Below, piece by piece: positions 23,469 through 37,054 of a DNA stretch of 64,000 nucleotides (position 1 is the first letter of the stretch; every line of letters begins with the position of its first letter). The stretch lies in assembly GCF_006345805.1 (NCBI RefSeq), contig NC_042997.1, positions 62,062,001 through 62,126,000 of the forward strand, given 5' to 3'. Under the pieces are notes generated by a model that saw only the letters and a list, made by a program, of their open reading frames with translations, was not told the origin of the DNA and did not search any database. Source of the stretch: Octopus sinensis (Eukaryota). The translations under genes and the position numbers were made by a program.

Positions 23469-24300
23469 TAATAATATGTTTTGTCTTGGTATAAAAGATG
23501 GGCTACAGCAAATATTCTGCTCAATACCACAGATTTGCTTGTCAGTTGCTTGACCTTAACCAGTTGAGCATGTTCCTTAGTGGCTGACGATATGTGCATC
23601 TCTGATCACGAGCAGAAGTAGTAGGGGAACATCATAGCCATGTGTTGAAAGGAATTCTTTGGGGTTTGAATAATTCACCTCTGGAAACATGGATGTTTCA
23701 TTCAACATCCTTAAACAACCCTTATTCAGGGAGATTTTGAGCGGGATGGGTTACTCGACCAGAAGAAGTCAAGAGGGGTATACTGGGCTTCGTATATTTT
23801 ACCCCAGTGTCACTTTGATGGTATGCACTACTCTCTTACTCAATAACAACAATAATAATAATAATAATGCAGTACCATGCAGTGGTTCTCATGGCTTCTG
23901 ATCTTAACTGATTGGAAGTGTTAACATGTACATTGTTTTGTGTTGGTATAAAAGATGGGTTACAGCAAATATTCTGCCCAATACCACAGATTTGCTTGTC
24001 AGTTGTTTGACTTTAACCAGTTGAGCATGTCCCTTGGTGACTGACGATATATGCATCTCTGATCATGAGGAGTAGTGGGGGAGCATCATAGCAATGTGTT
24101 GGAAGCAATTCTTTGGGATTTGGATAATTCACTTTTGAAAACATGGGTGTTTCGTTCAACATCCTTAAACAACCCTTATTCAGAAATCTTTCGAGTGGGA
24201 TGGGCTACTCGATCTGAAGAAAATTCTAACTGGGCCCCACCTGCAAGGTCATGTGCTGTTTATCTTGATATGAGATCACCATGTCGTGCACATATGGTTG
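23420..24300 (-). repeat. Two head-to-tail copies of an unclassified (TAT)n-tailed repeat in intron 2
   Basis: 23475-23770 and 23930-24230 align; each ends in (TAT)n on - ((ATA)n at 23422-23470 and 23840-23868). Confidence 0.8.
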
Positions 24301-24375
24301 TGATGCATGTACCTGGTGTATCCTTTTGTTTTTAGAAAAATAGGTTTTATGGAATATAGTCTTCTATATACTTAC

Positions 24376-24467
24376 GTAAAAGGTGTTGTATTTTGAAATT
24401 CTTCCCATTCCGCCCATGTAATACGGTCGTCATCGACTTTCCTGCCGTCGATTTTCTGAAAAACATC
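24376..24467 (-). CDS. Four-EF-hand protein, exon 2 (EF2 and linker)
   Basis: Acceptor tttctaattgtag|, donor AC|gtaagt; 92 nt, phase 0/2; DVFQKIDGRKVDDDRITWAEWEEFQNTTPF(T). Confidence 0.9.
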
Positions 24468-24671
24468 CTACAATTAGAAAAAAAGAAAGAAATTATGATG
24501 AAGTTATATTTATTTACACTAAATTATATAATATATAAATATATGAGCGATACATTAATGCAGGCTGCCACCAAGATTTGTAGAGTTAAAAACTGATTCA
24601 TGACTACTGTCTACCTTATTTTCTGGTAATAGAGACAAAGGCATACAATTTGGTGGTTTAGTTATTTTTAC

Positions 24672-24765
24672 CTTTATGTTTTACTTGTTTCAGCCATTAC
24701 ACTGCGGGGGACATAAACACATCAACATTGGTTGTGAAGCAGAAGTGGGGGAGAAATACACACAC

Positions 24766-24805
<40 letters not shown>

Positions 24806-24975
24806 ACACACACACACATACACCACAGGCTTCTTTCAGTTTCTGTCTACCAAATCCACCCACAAAGCTTTGGTCGACCCGAGACTATAGTAAAAGACAC
24901 TTGCACAAGCTGCCACGCAGTGGGACTGAACCCAGAACCACGTAGTTGGAAAGTAAGCTTCTTACCACACAGCCA
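24672..24975 (-). mobile_element. SINE family A copy
   Basis: Head gtggctgtgtggtaagaagcttac...ggttcagtcccactgcgtggc, internal (TG)n, partial 3' part. Confidence 0.85.
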
Positions 24976-24977
24976 CC

Positions 24978-25190
24978 ATCGAGCATTGATCCCTCACGGG
25001 TGAGATACTTAACAACTGGTTCAAGAGCAACCGACGGTGCAAGTGTGTCTCTTTGGATGATAAATAGATATAACTCGTCAAAATAACAGTCCTGCAATGT
25101 ATCTTTTCAGTTCGTGCAAAGAAAAGCAGAAAATTAAAGGATATAGCTTCATTTATATAGAAGATCAATAATAAGATAACAGATGCAAAA
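24978..25190. repeat. Unclassified dispersed repeat (copy 2)
   Basis: Homologous to 4045-4265. Confidence 0.7.
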
Positions 25191-25489
25191 AAAGAAGCAA
25201 GTACAGGGCAACGAAAAAAGTATTAGGAATAATCGTTAACGGATATGGATGTATAAACACCCTCGCGTAGGTTATATGGCGTATGTACACTCTCTCATAC
25301 AAGCCTAAATTTAATTCATCCATACCTTAAAGTGAAGTATATTAACAGTTGCTAAAATTCATTCCCACTGCATTGTGCCAAAGTGCATTTATATGCATGT
25401 AAGCATCTTGAAAGTCCTTCAGAAATTGTATTAATAATATTCTCATTAGTCCACAGAATAGACAGGGATTCATTGGAGAAGAGTCGGCA

Positions 25490-25985
25490 TCACCTAAAAA
25501 TGATATTATATGGTTTTGCGTGCCTTACTATGGAGCAAGTTATGTTATAATTAATTTTGTCTTCCTTAAGTCGCCACATAAAATCGAGCAAAGATGTTGA
25601 ATGTCTCATATTGATTTTCTTGAAGCTGGAAACATGGTTGCGATAACGATTCTTGAATGAATCAGCCGTTTGCATAATGTAAACATACATCCCGCCTTGA
25701 GTGTACGGTACATTTATATACAAGATTTGTATTCATACAGAGGTTCATCAATGGGCATTTTGGTTTTTCTCTGCATGAGCATTTATACTTATTTGTATAT
25801 ATGGCAGTTCTGAGTTCATTTTCCGACGTTGTTACCGTGTTAGCTATATCACAATTATTTCTACTATCATGATTTAGCTGTATTTGGTACTTTTCATTGC
25901 GGTTTACGTCTCCTTTGTTGGTATTTTGATGCATATGCTTGCTAGTTCCTGTAGGTGGGTTATTGAACTGTTGTTTCATTTTATT
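25490..25985 (-). mobile_element. Penelope-like element remnant (GIY-YIG endonuclease region)
   Basis: CSCREKPKCPL...NLVYKCTV...YIMQTADSFKNRYRNH...W.LKE, frameshifted; same group as 44280-46530. Confidence 0.8.
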
Positions 25986-26902
25986 ATGCATATGTATGTA
26001 TACTCACACACATAGACACACACATCAATTATAAGAGTATGTGTGTGTGTTTGTGTATGTTTGTGTGTGTATGTGTGTGTATGTGTGTGTGTGCATGTAT
26101 GTTTGTGTGTGTATGTGTGCATAAGGATTTTTTAATATATTTCCTTATAAGTCCGCTATGTTTAGTTTGGAGCAATAGCATTCACAAATCTACTATCCCA
26201 TTAGCATTTCACAATCTTTCTGGTATCATCATCAGAATAAATTGTTTGTAATAATGGCATGTTCTTTGTGCATTTTGCAGTAAGTTGCAAGCGATCATAG
26301 AACTACTGTTACAACTGATGAAATCTTAAACAACAGATTTACGGATTATACAACGGCTATATCAAGGCAGATTTCATGATTTATTTTACATAACGTATTT
26401 GTGCTGAATTTTGGCTTTTATTTTCCCTACTAATAAAGCTTCAATAGCAATTCTAATTTTCTGTAGGATTCTATATAAAATTGCAGTAGTGTTAGCTAAC
26501 AGTTTTGGTGTCTAATATTATTTGAACGTATTATATGTAACAAGATGCAATGCTTCCTTGTTCTAAGTGCATTGTCAACTAACGAGAAAGTGCTCTACAT
26601 GTATGTCAAGTGTAACAGTTTGAGTCGTGCAGTTAACAACTTTCATAATTAAATTTAAATTTGTGTATTACATTGGTTGTATGATGTGTTAGTTGCCTGA
26701 CTGCATGTCCATAAATGGAGCCTTTCATTCTGGTGATTTTGTGGGTTTTGTGTGGTACATGTTGTGCCATGATTTACTTTATTTTATGGGAGTAAGATTT
26801 ATCCTTGTGAACAATCATTCAAGAATGTATGAATATATGTTCGTACCTGTCTGTCTGTCAATGTATGTCTGTCTGTATGTTTGTATGTACGTACGTATGT
26901 AC

Positions 26903-26933
<31 letters not shown>

Positions 26934-27392
26934 TGTATGTATGTATGTATGTATGGATGGATGGATAGATGAATAGATGTTTGGATGTTTGTATGTATTT
27001 CTGTGGATGAGGGATGCCAGGAAGATATGGTATAACGTGGTAAAAATCTGATCTCCAAATAAAACGCACCCAGATTACTATTTTAGGTGTAGAGTTGAGA
27101 AAAAACTTCATGTCAAAGATGTGACAACGGCTGTAGCACCGGTGTCATAATAAATGGACTCACTACACCCTATAAAGTAGTTTTTATTACAAAAGGCATC
27201 CAAAAAAAAAAAAAATCCAAGTCGAACAAAACGAAGCTTTTGAGTAAGTTGTGGTCCTTTGATTTATTTAGGAAGGAAGTAACGACCCTTCCAATCCATG
27301 CCCACATAAAAGGTGGGCATAGGTTGGGTGAGTCGTTACTGCTTGCATGCCTTAGTTGTTAGAGCGTCGGGTTCACAATCATGAGGCTGTGA

Positions 27393-27678
<286 letters not shown>

Positions 27679-27801
27679 CTTTCCATTTCCTTTTTCCTTA
27701 CGCTAGCTTACTACACCGTCTGATAGTCGGAAGAGCCTCTTTGTTTTGATTTACGTATTTCTGTTGTATAGCCGAAAGGCTGTTTTCTACTGTATACGTA
27801 T

Positions 27802-27835
<34 letters not shown>

Positions 27836-27861
27836 ATATATATATATATATATATAAAAGA

Positions 27862-27937
<76 letters not shown>

Positions 27938-27949
27938 TATATATATAAA

Positions 27950-28275
27950 AGAATAATTCTATATATATATATATATGTAAAAGAATACAAAAAATAGGAT
28001 AAGGATGCAAAGCATCCATACAGATGATACAACAAAGGGATAAGAAAAAACAAGGATGGATCATCCGGAGTTTTCTTTCGTCAGTCGAGTTCCAGATCAT
28101 CTTTGCAATTCCGCCTGGTTATCCTCGAGATTGCTCCAATCTGGCCAGCCCCAAGGAAAGTCTAAGCTAAGAGTATTAAATTCCTTGGAAGAAAGCAGCG
28201 AATGTATGCGAAAACAAGGACAAAAAAACCCCGGAGAAATGGTACACAAACACAAATGCAAGTAGCAGGACATTA
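27950..28275 (-). mobile_element. Dispersed repeat, probably a Penelope pseudo-LTR remnant
   Basis: Homologous to 3255-3500; TA-flanked; degenerate CTGACGA core. Confidence 0.5.
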
Positions 28276-28279
28276 ACAA

Positions 28280-28322
<43 letters not shown>

Positions 28323-28412
28323 ATATATATACCAGAGTAAATACATAAATGTGAAACAAGGTGGAAAAAAGAGTACTCAAATACCAGTGGTAGAGTAATA
28401 TGCTTTAAATAA

Positions 28413-28449
<37 letters not shown>

Positions 28450-28878
28450 ATTGAAAAATAGGATAAAGTCTTCATAAGAATTTATCAAGTAGTTAGCGTG
28501 AAAAACCTCATAAGAGAAAAAATCCATTAATTCTTTCACTTAAATATCTTTATTTATATTATATAGAGGGCATTTTTACACATAAATACCACACGCTAGG
28601 AGGGACTCTTAAAGTCAAAACTACTAAACTAAATAAACATATCATACCGAATGCAACTCTTGAAGAAAGTCATTTAAAAACAGAATTCAGCTGCATATCA
28701 TCTGTGATTTCGTAATCAGTGAAGTGGTGTGCACTCTTTACTCTTCAGTGCAAGCATAATACAATATTTATAATGAATGAACAAAAACAACATACCAGGC
28801 GAACAACCATCGTATCCAACGCACCATGTAGAAATGTTCACCCCTTATACATCTATGTGGCATATATGTGTAATAATG

Positions 28879-28986
<108 letters not shown>

Positions 28987-29881
28987 CGAAATTAATTATA
29001 TGACCGGCCATATAATTAACCTCCTCTAAATACATTACTGCTCTAACGTATGAAAAAGAAAAAAAAGATACTGGGCTTGTACATATACTGACGCACATCA
29101 CACGCATCTACAAAATGAGACGAGAAAATTCCGAAGAACATTGTGATGTATGTCAGTATGCGTGCCAAGGGATTTTATTTTTCATATTAAATTCCGATAT
29201 AATAGAAATGCACATTATCTAAAAGGTATCTGTAGAAAATTTCATAAATTTAGTATATCCTCACAAGTGTGCCACCACCAATCTTGTTTATTCATAACTT
29301 CCAGAAAAATAATATTTTTTTAATGAAATTTTCTATAAATATAATCCAAATGGTGTAGATTCCGATTTGTTGTGAAAACGTTTTGCTTCCGTGGGTGGGA
29401 AGGGGAGTTCAGAATATACACACGAGTCAGCTTTGTTTCTTCATAACTTTCAGAAAACTGGGTATTTTTTAATGAAATTTTCAACAAATAATTTTCCGGT
29501 TATATCGGAATTTGATGGGAAAAGAAATATGCTAATCACGCACACATACGTACTAACACGGATTACATATTTCCACAGTATGCTTGCGTATTTGGGAATA
29601 TGGTAGTCAAAGTGTATCTGCTAGAAGTAGCAAACTAGATCTTTATATGAAATGAAAGACGCATTAGCTAAAGTGGTCTTAGACATGATGTAAAAAGACT
29701 GTGTGATCACAAGTGGAACGCCTTTAGTCATAGGTGTATTTGATCAAGCCTGACTTATGCTGTTAATCAATTAGAACAGCCATAATTTCAGCAACAACAA
29801 AAACACACATCTCAATGTGTTTGCGTGCTAGAATCTCGTAAGTGTTAGTATTTAAATCGAGGAAAAAAAAATTCAACTTAC

Positions 29882-29992
29882 TCTGGCTATATCTTTTGAA
29901 ATCTTCACATGATGTTCTCTTTCCAAATAGTTTACAAATTCATCCAAACACAGTCCGTCTCCTGTTTTGTCACAATCTCCAAATCCAGGCAT
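29882..29992 (-). CDS. Four-EF-hand protein, first coding exon (ATG, EF1)
   Basis: AAACATG context; MPGFGDCDKTGDGLCLDEFVNYLEREHHVKISKDIAR, 111 nt, donor AGA|gtaagt phase 0. Splices in frame to exons 2 and 3, giving 141 aa with four EF-hand-like motifs. Confidence 0.88.
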
Positions 29993-30012
29993 GTTTATCA
30001 CTTTTTATTTTT

Positions 30013-30115
30013 CTGTTATCAAGAAAGAAGTATTAGCACCGATGCTTGGCCGATACGATCAGATACGATCTACCTAGATAAAGTAACAGTGTCACAGTTG
30101 TCAACTCTTTAAATA
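30013..30115 (-). promoter_or_regulatory. Candidate core promoter and 61-nt 5'-UTR intron of the EF-hand gene
   Basis: TATTTAAA at 30115-30108; TAG|gtagat donor at 30073, CTAAT branch-like site, pyrimidine tract and cag at 30015-30013. Confidence 0.35.
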
Positions 30116-30546
30116 GACGCAGACGATCCTATTGCTGGTGGCATTTATGTGTATGATTTCACACATGCAACTATGTACTATGTGGTGTTAGTTTGTGTGT
30201 GTGTGTTTTATGTATTTGTGTGGGTTTGGCTAAGCTCACAGACACACACAAACACACACAAACACACACACATACACACATACACACACACACTCTCTCT
30301 CTCACACACACATACACACGCACACACACACACTAATACACATGTTCATACTACAGGCATTATAAGTCAGTGTGTGTGTGTGTGAGTGTCTGTGTCTATG
30401 TATATATGTGTACATGCGTGTAGCTGTTTGTGAGCGTGTGTATGTGATTATTTCACTTCTATTCTTTTCTCTCCTTTGTTTCATATTTCCCCGCCTATCT
30501 CTCCCTCTCTTTCTCTCTCTCTCTATATATCCCTGTGCATGTGAAG

Positions 30547-30587
<41 letters not shown>

Positions 30588-30639
30588 AGAATAAAAAAAC
30601 CCTGAGGGTATGTATATTTTTATAGTGTTCTCATTCATA

Positions 30640-31028
30640 TGGCTGTGGGGTAAAAAGCTTGCTTCTCAACAACATGGTTCCGGGTTCAGTCCCACTGCGT
30701 GGCAGGTTGGGCCGGTGTCTTCTACTATAGCCTCGAGCCGACCAAAGCCCTGCAAGTGGATTTGGCAGATTGAAACTGAAAGAAGTTCGTCGTATATGTT
30801 TGTGTGTGTGTGTGTTTACGTGTCTGTGTTTGTCCCCCCCACCACCATTGCTTGACAACTGATGTTGGTGTGTTTACGTCTCCGTAACACAGCGGTTCGG
30901 CAAAATAGACCGATAGAATAAGTACGAGGCTTACAAAGAATACGTTCTGAGGTCAATTTGTTCGACTAAAGGCGGTGATCCAGCATGGCCGCAGTCAAAC
31001 GTCTGAAACAAGTAAAAGAATAAAAGAA
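30640..31028 (+). mobile_element. SINE family A, nearly complete
   Basis: tRNA-like head, internal (TG)n, 3' aaggcggtgatccagcatggccgcagtcaaacgtctgaaacaagtaaaagaataaaagaat tail. Confidence 0.9.
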
Positions 31029-31054
31029 TGCATATATATATATATATATAAACC

Positions 31055-31445
31055 TTTCTACTATTAGCACAAGGCTTGAGGTTTGTGGGGAGGGGTTAAT
31101 TCGATTACACCAAACCCAGTGATCAACTGTTACTTATTTAATCGACCCCGAAAGGATGAAAGGCAAAGTCGACCTCGGCGGAATTTGAACTCACAACGTA
31201 GCGGCAGACGAAATACCTATTTCTTTACTACCCACAAGGGGCTAAACACAGAGAGAACAAAGAAGGACAGACAAACGGATTAAGTCGATTATATCGACCC
31301 CAGTGCGTAACTGGTACTTAAATTATCGATCCCGAAAGGATGAAAGGCAAAATCGACCTCGGCGGAATTTGAACTCGGAACGTAGCGGCAGACGAAATAC
31401 GGCTACGCATTTCGCCCGGTGTGCTAACGATTCTGCCAGATCGTG
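31055..31445 (-). mobile_element. OR2-like CORE SINE with a tandem internal duplication
   Basis: cgacc/tcccgaaaggatgaaaggcaaa.tcgacctcggcggaatttgaactc occurs twice (31140-31215 and 31327-31400). Confidence 0.85.
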
Positions 31446-31629
31446 GCCTGGTGACTTATTTCAATCTTTCTTCGTAAATCATTATCATCATCTCTCTTTC
31501 TTTCTCTTTCTCTGTTTGTATATTCCTCTCTCTCTCTCACTCTCTCTCTCTCCTTTCTCTTCCCTTTCACAACAGTAACAAAGCCAACTCTTTTCCGTAG
31601 AAGGTGTATGTTTCTTACATGTTTCTGTA

Positions 31630-31828
31630 CAGTAATCCCTCGTCATATCACTGTTCACTTATCGCGGGTTATTAAGCTTATGTCAATTCCTCCGCGGTGT
31701 TATTTTGCATTTATAATAAAATAAATATATACAAATTACAAAAATAATAATAAAAATATATACAGTTCAGTACTGTTCCTACTCCACGGATTTTCGCCTA
31801 TCGCGGTGGGGTAGTCGAGGGATTACTG
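31630..31828. mobile_element. Tigger/pogo-type MITE
   Basis: TA-CAGTAATCCCTCG ... CGAGGGATTACTG-TA; 199 bp, non-coding. Confidence 0.9.
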
Positions 31829-31862
31829 TATATCTGCATCTATGTACATGGGCATTGTAACT

Positions 31863-31928
<66 letters not shown>

Positions 31929-31984
31929 CATGTGAGTGTGTGTCTATAATATTTCCTTTATTTTTTAATTGTTTTGTGGATATT

Positions 31985-32150
31985 CGGCGCACCTGTGGCA
32001 GTATGGAAAGAAGCTTGCGTCCCAACCATATGGTTCTGGGTTCAGTCCCACTATGAGGCAGCTTGGGCAAGAGTCTTCTACTATAGTTTCGAGCCGATTA
32101 AAGCCTTCTGAGTGGATTTGGTAGAAGGAAACTGAAAGAAGCCCGTCATA
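31985..32150 (+). mobile_element. SINE family A 5' half
   Basis: ggcgcacctgtggcagtatggaaagaagcttgc...gaaactgaaagaagcccgtc, ending in the TA run next to the LINE tail. Confidence 0.8.
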
Positions 32151-32162
32151 TATATATATATA

Positions 32163-32925
32163 TTTTTTTTCTAGTTTCAGCTCAGAGCTGTGACCATGCT
32201 GATGCACCGCCGTTTTGTGCTACACTTTTATTACGACGAACCTCGTCTAATATGTGGCACTTGGTGAAGAATGGAGTTTGATACAGCTACTCTCATTTGC
32301 ACCTCTTGTCGTGAGGTAGGTTCATCTGGGACTCTTGACAGGAAGATGTCCAGCTTTGATTTAAAAACCGCTACATCTACTTTGTGCAAGTTCCTCAGAC
32401 TCTTTGGGAGAATATTAAAAAGCTGTGGGCCCTTGAAACCCAGGCTGTTGCAGAAGCTGGTCATGAAGCGTGATGGCATTGCTGGGATCTTTGGCACTAT
32501 GCAGTGTCGTCCCGTTCTAGCATTGGTGTAGCTTACAATGCCAAAATTTGGCACAATTCCTTCCAGGATCTTCCAGGCATATATTACTGCATACCTCTCC
32601 CGTCTTCTCTCCAGGGAGTAGAGTCTTAGCTGTTTCAACCTTTCCCAGTAGCTGAGCTGTTGCAAAGAGACGATCTTCTTTGTGAATCTTCTCTGGATTG
32701 CTTCAAGGTCCGCTGTTAATTTTACACTGGTGGGTGACCATAGCTGTGAGCAGTAATCCAGGCGACTGAGGACGAATGTCCGCCAGAGGATCATCATGGT
32801 TTCCTTATCTCTGGTTCTGAATGTTCTTAGGATCTACCCAGCCAGTCGTCTGCACTTTATCGCTATCCTGGTAATGTGCACTTGGAAAGAGGTATCATCA
32901 CTCATGTCGATACCCAGATCCCCCC
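32163..32925 (-). mobile_element. Young 5'-truncated CR1-group LINE
   Basis: Open 188-aa ORF (FVLSRLDYCSQLWSP...ERRRERY); nearly identical by eye to 39997-40745; TA repeats at both ends. Confidence 0.95.
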
Positions 32926-32983
32926 CCCACACATATATATATATATATATTATATATATATTCATAGAATAATATATTATATA

Positions 32984-33060
<77 letters not shown>

Positions 33061-33131
33061 TATATAAAAACATATGTATGTAATACATATATATTATAAA
33101 TCTAATATATATATATAACATATTTATAATA

Positions 33132-33225
33132 TACTAGCACTATGACCCATAGAAAGTGCGACCCTCTAACTGAAAAATTGTGGATTTGTATAAAGGACAC
33201 ACACGCAGACATTTTGCCGTTTATA
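33132..33225 (+). mobile_element. Internally deleted copy of the Helentron/HINE-like element
   Basis: ACTAGCACTATGACCC joined to the 3' segment matching 2630-2715. Confidence 0.7.
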
Positions 33226-33265
33226 TATATATATATATATTATATATGTATGTATGTATATATAT

Positions 33266-33328
<63 letters not shown>

Positions 33329-33484
33329 TATATATATATATATATATATTATAATATATTATATAATATATATATATGTGTGTGTGTGTTATATATATAT
33401 ATATATATTGTATATATAACATATCTATATAATATATGTAACATATATACACAATATATATATATATATATATGACATATATTT

Positions 33485-33797
33485 ATAAAATATATTGTTG
33501 TTTGTCCCTTTTCGATCCACGCCTGGCTCATAGTGCCGGTTTCCCGATATCCTTGGCGTGTAGGTTCCCTGCCTGTACGGGACGCCGGGCTTTCGCAGGT
33601 GAGCTGCAAGATGCAGGAGGAAAGAGTGAAAAACGTTTTGGCGAAAGAGTCAGCAGATGTTCGCCATTACCTTCTGCTGGAGCCGCAAGGAGATTAGGTG
33701 GTTTCCTCATAAACATACATATCACCCGGTCTGTGATTCGAGCCCACGATCCCTCGACGGCGAGTCCGCTGCTCTAACCACTAGGCCTGGTGCCTCC
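33485..33797 (-). mobile_element. tRNA-derived SINE with an (ACA)n-like tail
   Basis: Head ggaggcaccaggcctagtggttagagcagcggactcgccgtcgagggatcgtgggctcgaatc (A and B boxes), tail gggacaaacaacaa. Confidence 0.8.
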
Positions 33798-33830
33798 AGT
33801 ATATAAAATATATAGGACATATATATAACA

Positions 33831-33868
<38 letters not shown>

Positions 33869-33920
33869 ATACACACACACTCACCCATATATATATATAT
33901 AACACACATATATATATATA

Positions 33921-33990
<70 letters not shown>

Positions 33991-34111
33991 TAAATTAGAG
34001 ATAAAACCACTATTAGGCAATCAATATATAACATAATATATCACTTATAATATATTGTATTATATATTATAGCATAATATATAACAATATATAATATATA
34101 ATATATGTATA

Positions 34112-34146
<35 letters not shown>

Positions 34147-34199
34147 ATATATATGTCATATATATAGAACATTTATATAAATTATATTTATATATATAT

Positions 34200-34256
<57 letters not shown>

Positions 34257-34293
34257 CTATATATATATATATATATTATATATATATATAATA

Positions 34294-34331
<38 letters not shown>

Positions 34332-34351
34332 TGACATACCTATAATATATA

Positions 34352-34752
34352 CTTTTACTCTTTGCTCTTTTATTTGTTTAAGTCCTTTGACTGTAGCCTA
34401 GCTGGAACACCACCTTGAGTCGAGCAAATCGACCCCAGGACTTATTCTTTGTAATCCTAGTACTTATTCTATCGGTCTCTTTTGTCGAACCGCAATGTTA
34501 CGGGACGTAAACACACCAGCATCGTTTGTCAAGCGATATTCGGGGGACAAACACAGACGCACAAACATATACACGCACATACATATATATACATATATAG
34601 GACGGGCTTCTTTCAGTTTCGTTTACCAAATCCACTCACAATGCTTTTGTCGGCCCGAGGCAATAGTAAAAGATACTTGCCCAAGTTGCCACGCAGTGGG
34701 ACTAAACCCGGAACCATGTGGTTCGTAAGCAAGCTACTTACCACACAACCAC
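34352..34752 (-). mobile_element. SINE family A, complete
   Basis: Head to agtaaaagt tail, colinear with 30640-31028. Confidence 0.9.
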
Positions 34753-34818
34753 ACATATATAACATATATATAAAATATGTATAACATAAGCATATATAAT
34801 ATGTATATATAACACACA

Positions 34819-34861
<43 letters not shown>

Positions 34862-34976
34862 TATATATAACATATATATATATAAAACATACATATTCAT
34901 ATATATATGACATATATATATATATATATGTATATAATATATATACATATATATGTAACAGATATATATATATATG

Positions 34977-35014
<38 letters not shown>

Positions 35015-35018
<4 letters not shown>

Positions 35019-36892
35019 GAAATATGTTACGAAAAGAAAATATCAAATACACGTGGAAATGTAAGGGTAAAATATGAAAACTCAACGAAAATGCACCTTG
35101 CAAATAGAAAAAGGCTATTTATGACAGGTAACGACAAATATATACATTTAGATTGACTGAGGTAGTAATATGAGCCATAAAAGTCATTATTATGAGATGA
35201 TTATAAGATGTTAATAAAGTAAGAGAACAAAGCGAACTATGGTTTACGCCAACTATTCATCGTTTGAACAACACCGGTTAATACACGGTGCCAGGTCTAA
35301 TATTTCCCGAGAAAAAAGATTATTTGTAAGAGAGGTAAGTAGTTCTGGGTTTAGAGATGTGAGTGGTGTAGGAAGTGTATAGGGTTTAGTGGTTTCAATT
35401 GAAGAGTTAGTAGTGTATTGAGTTGTGTGTTAATATTTAGTTGGGGGAGAAATTTATTAATGAAAAATGCCTCTTTATTCAACCTTTGTTGCATTGTGGT
35501 GTTCTGTGAACATTGGTAAAAGGGAAGTATTTGGAAATGGGATTAAGACTCCTGGCACATCTTTCTATGTGTTCACTCACCTTTAACTGTCTGTATTGTG
35601 GGTGACGGATTTGCTCTTTGTGAATGGTGATTCTTTGCCGGAGCGAAATTCCTGTTTGTCCAATATAGAGTTTACCACATCCTATGCATGTCATGACATA
35701 GATTACATTTGCTGATGCACAGGTGAAATTTGATTTGATCTTAAATATTTCTTCTTGTTTTAATTGGAATTCTGAACCCTCCAGAAGGTGGGGGCATGTT
35801 CCACAGTTAGAACGGCCACAATTTGTCACTTTTGGCTCAGTTGTTAGTGGGTAAAATCTAGAGCTGGTTAATATTTTTTTTCAGTGACTTCGGTTGCTTT
35901 TTGCTTTTTATAATTTTATATGAGCTTAAAATTTCGTTCATTGTTTTGTCTGATGTGAGAATGGGAAGGTTTTGGGTGATGATGTTGAAGGCTTCGTTGT
36001 TTCTGGGGTTATGTGTGGAGATGTACGGGAGTATTTTTAAGTCTTGTTTAGTATTTCGGCTAGTTTTCCTTAACATTTGTATATCTATTTCCTTAGCTCT
36101 TATGATGCCTTCATTTACTAGTGAGATTGGGTAATGTCTTTTAGTTAGTGTAGATCTAAGTTCAAGGAGTCTATGTTCTCGAGTGTATGTATCGGAAACT
36201 ATGGTGCAGATTCTTTTTGCTAGGTTAAAGGGTATGTTGATTTTTACGTGTTTGGGGTGGCAGGAATTAAATAATAGGTATTGTTTAGAATCTAAGGGTT
36301 TATAAAAGATGTCTGTTTCTATGTGGTTGTTAACTATTCTAATTAAGATGTCTAGAAAAGGGAGTTGCTTACTGTTGTGTTCCATAGTGAATTGTATATT
36401 GCTGTGTATGTTGTAGACCATTCTTTTGAAATCAAGGAGTTGATCCATGCTGTCTTGCCAAAGTATGAAGCAATCATCTAAATATCTCTTCCAGTTCTCT
36501 TTTAAGTAGCAATTAAAAGAGGCGCCATATTTTTCTAGGGATGATTGGCATAACTTAAGTTCGTGGTAACCCATTACGAGGTTTGCAATTACTGGAGCAG
36601 CTCTGGTCCCCATTGCAATTCCGCATTTCTGTCGATAGTAAGTAGTATCGAACAAGAAATGATTGTTCAACAGGACGAATTTCAGTGCTTCAATTATAAA
36701 ATTGTGGTTAATTCGTCCTGGGATCTCTTCTGGGTATTTTTCTAGCCAAAATGTGATTGCTTCTATACCATAGTCGTGTGGGATATTAGTGTATAGATTC
36801 ACCACATCGAAAGATACCAGTAGAGTTCCGTCCTTTACTGTCTTCGGGAGGTGGTTCAGCTTGTCTATGTCATCCCTGATATAGCTTTTCAT
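35015..36892 (-). mobile_element. Penelope-like element (RT and GIY-YIG endonuclease), 5'-truncated, two frameshifts
   Basis: RT: VSFDVVNLYTNIP, GIAMGTRAAP, WKRYLDDCF, LPFLDI; EN: CGTC...NVIYVMTCIGCGKLYIGQT...RQRITIH; TA arrays at both ends. The N-terminal YI repeats in the ORF track are microsatellite read-through. Confidence 0.95.
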
Positions 36893-36893
36893 G

Positions 36894-37019
<126 letters not shown>

Positions 37020-37022
37020 GAC

Positions 37023-37054
<32 letters not shown>

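Larger units (their letters stand above)
32930..35015. repeat. ~2-kb (TA)n-dominated tract containing several nested short elements
   Basis: Directly visible imperfect TA/TATAA/CA arrays. Confidence 0.9.

Noticed and set aside
25326-25351. 26-nt segment (ttttag|...AAG|gtatgg) as an extra exon of the EF-hand gene
   Set aside because: It would start in phase 1, whereas exon 1 ends in phase 0, so inclusion would frameshift the gene.
29230-29500. Degenerate direct and inverted ~60-bp repeats (cataactt..agaaaa...tttaatgaaatttt)
   Set aside because: They look like subterminal motifs of an old DNA-transposon remnant, but no termini or TSD could be defined.
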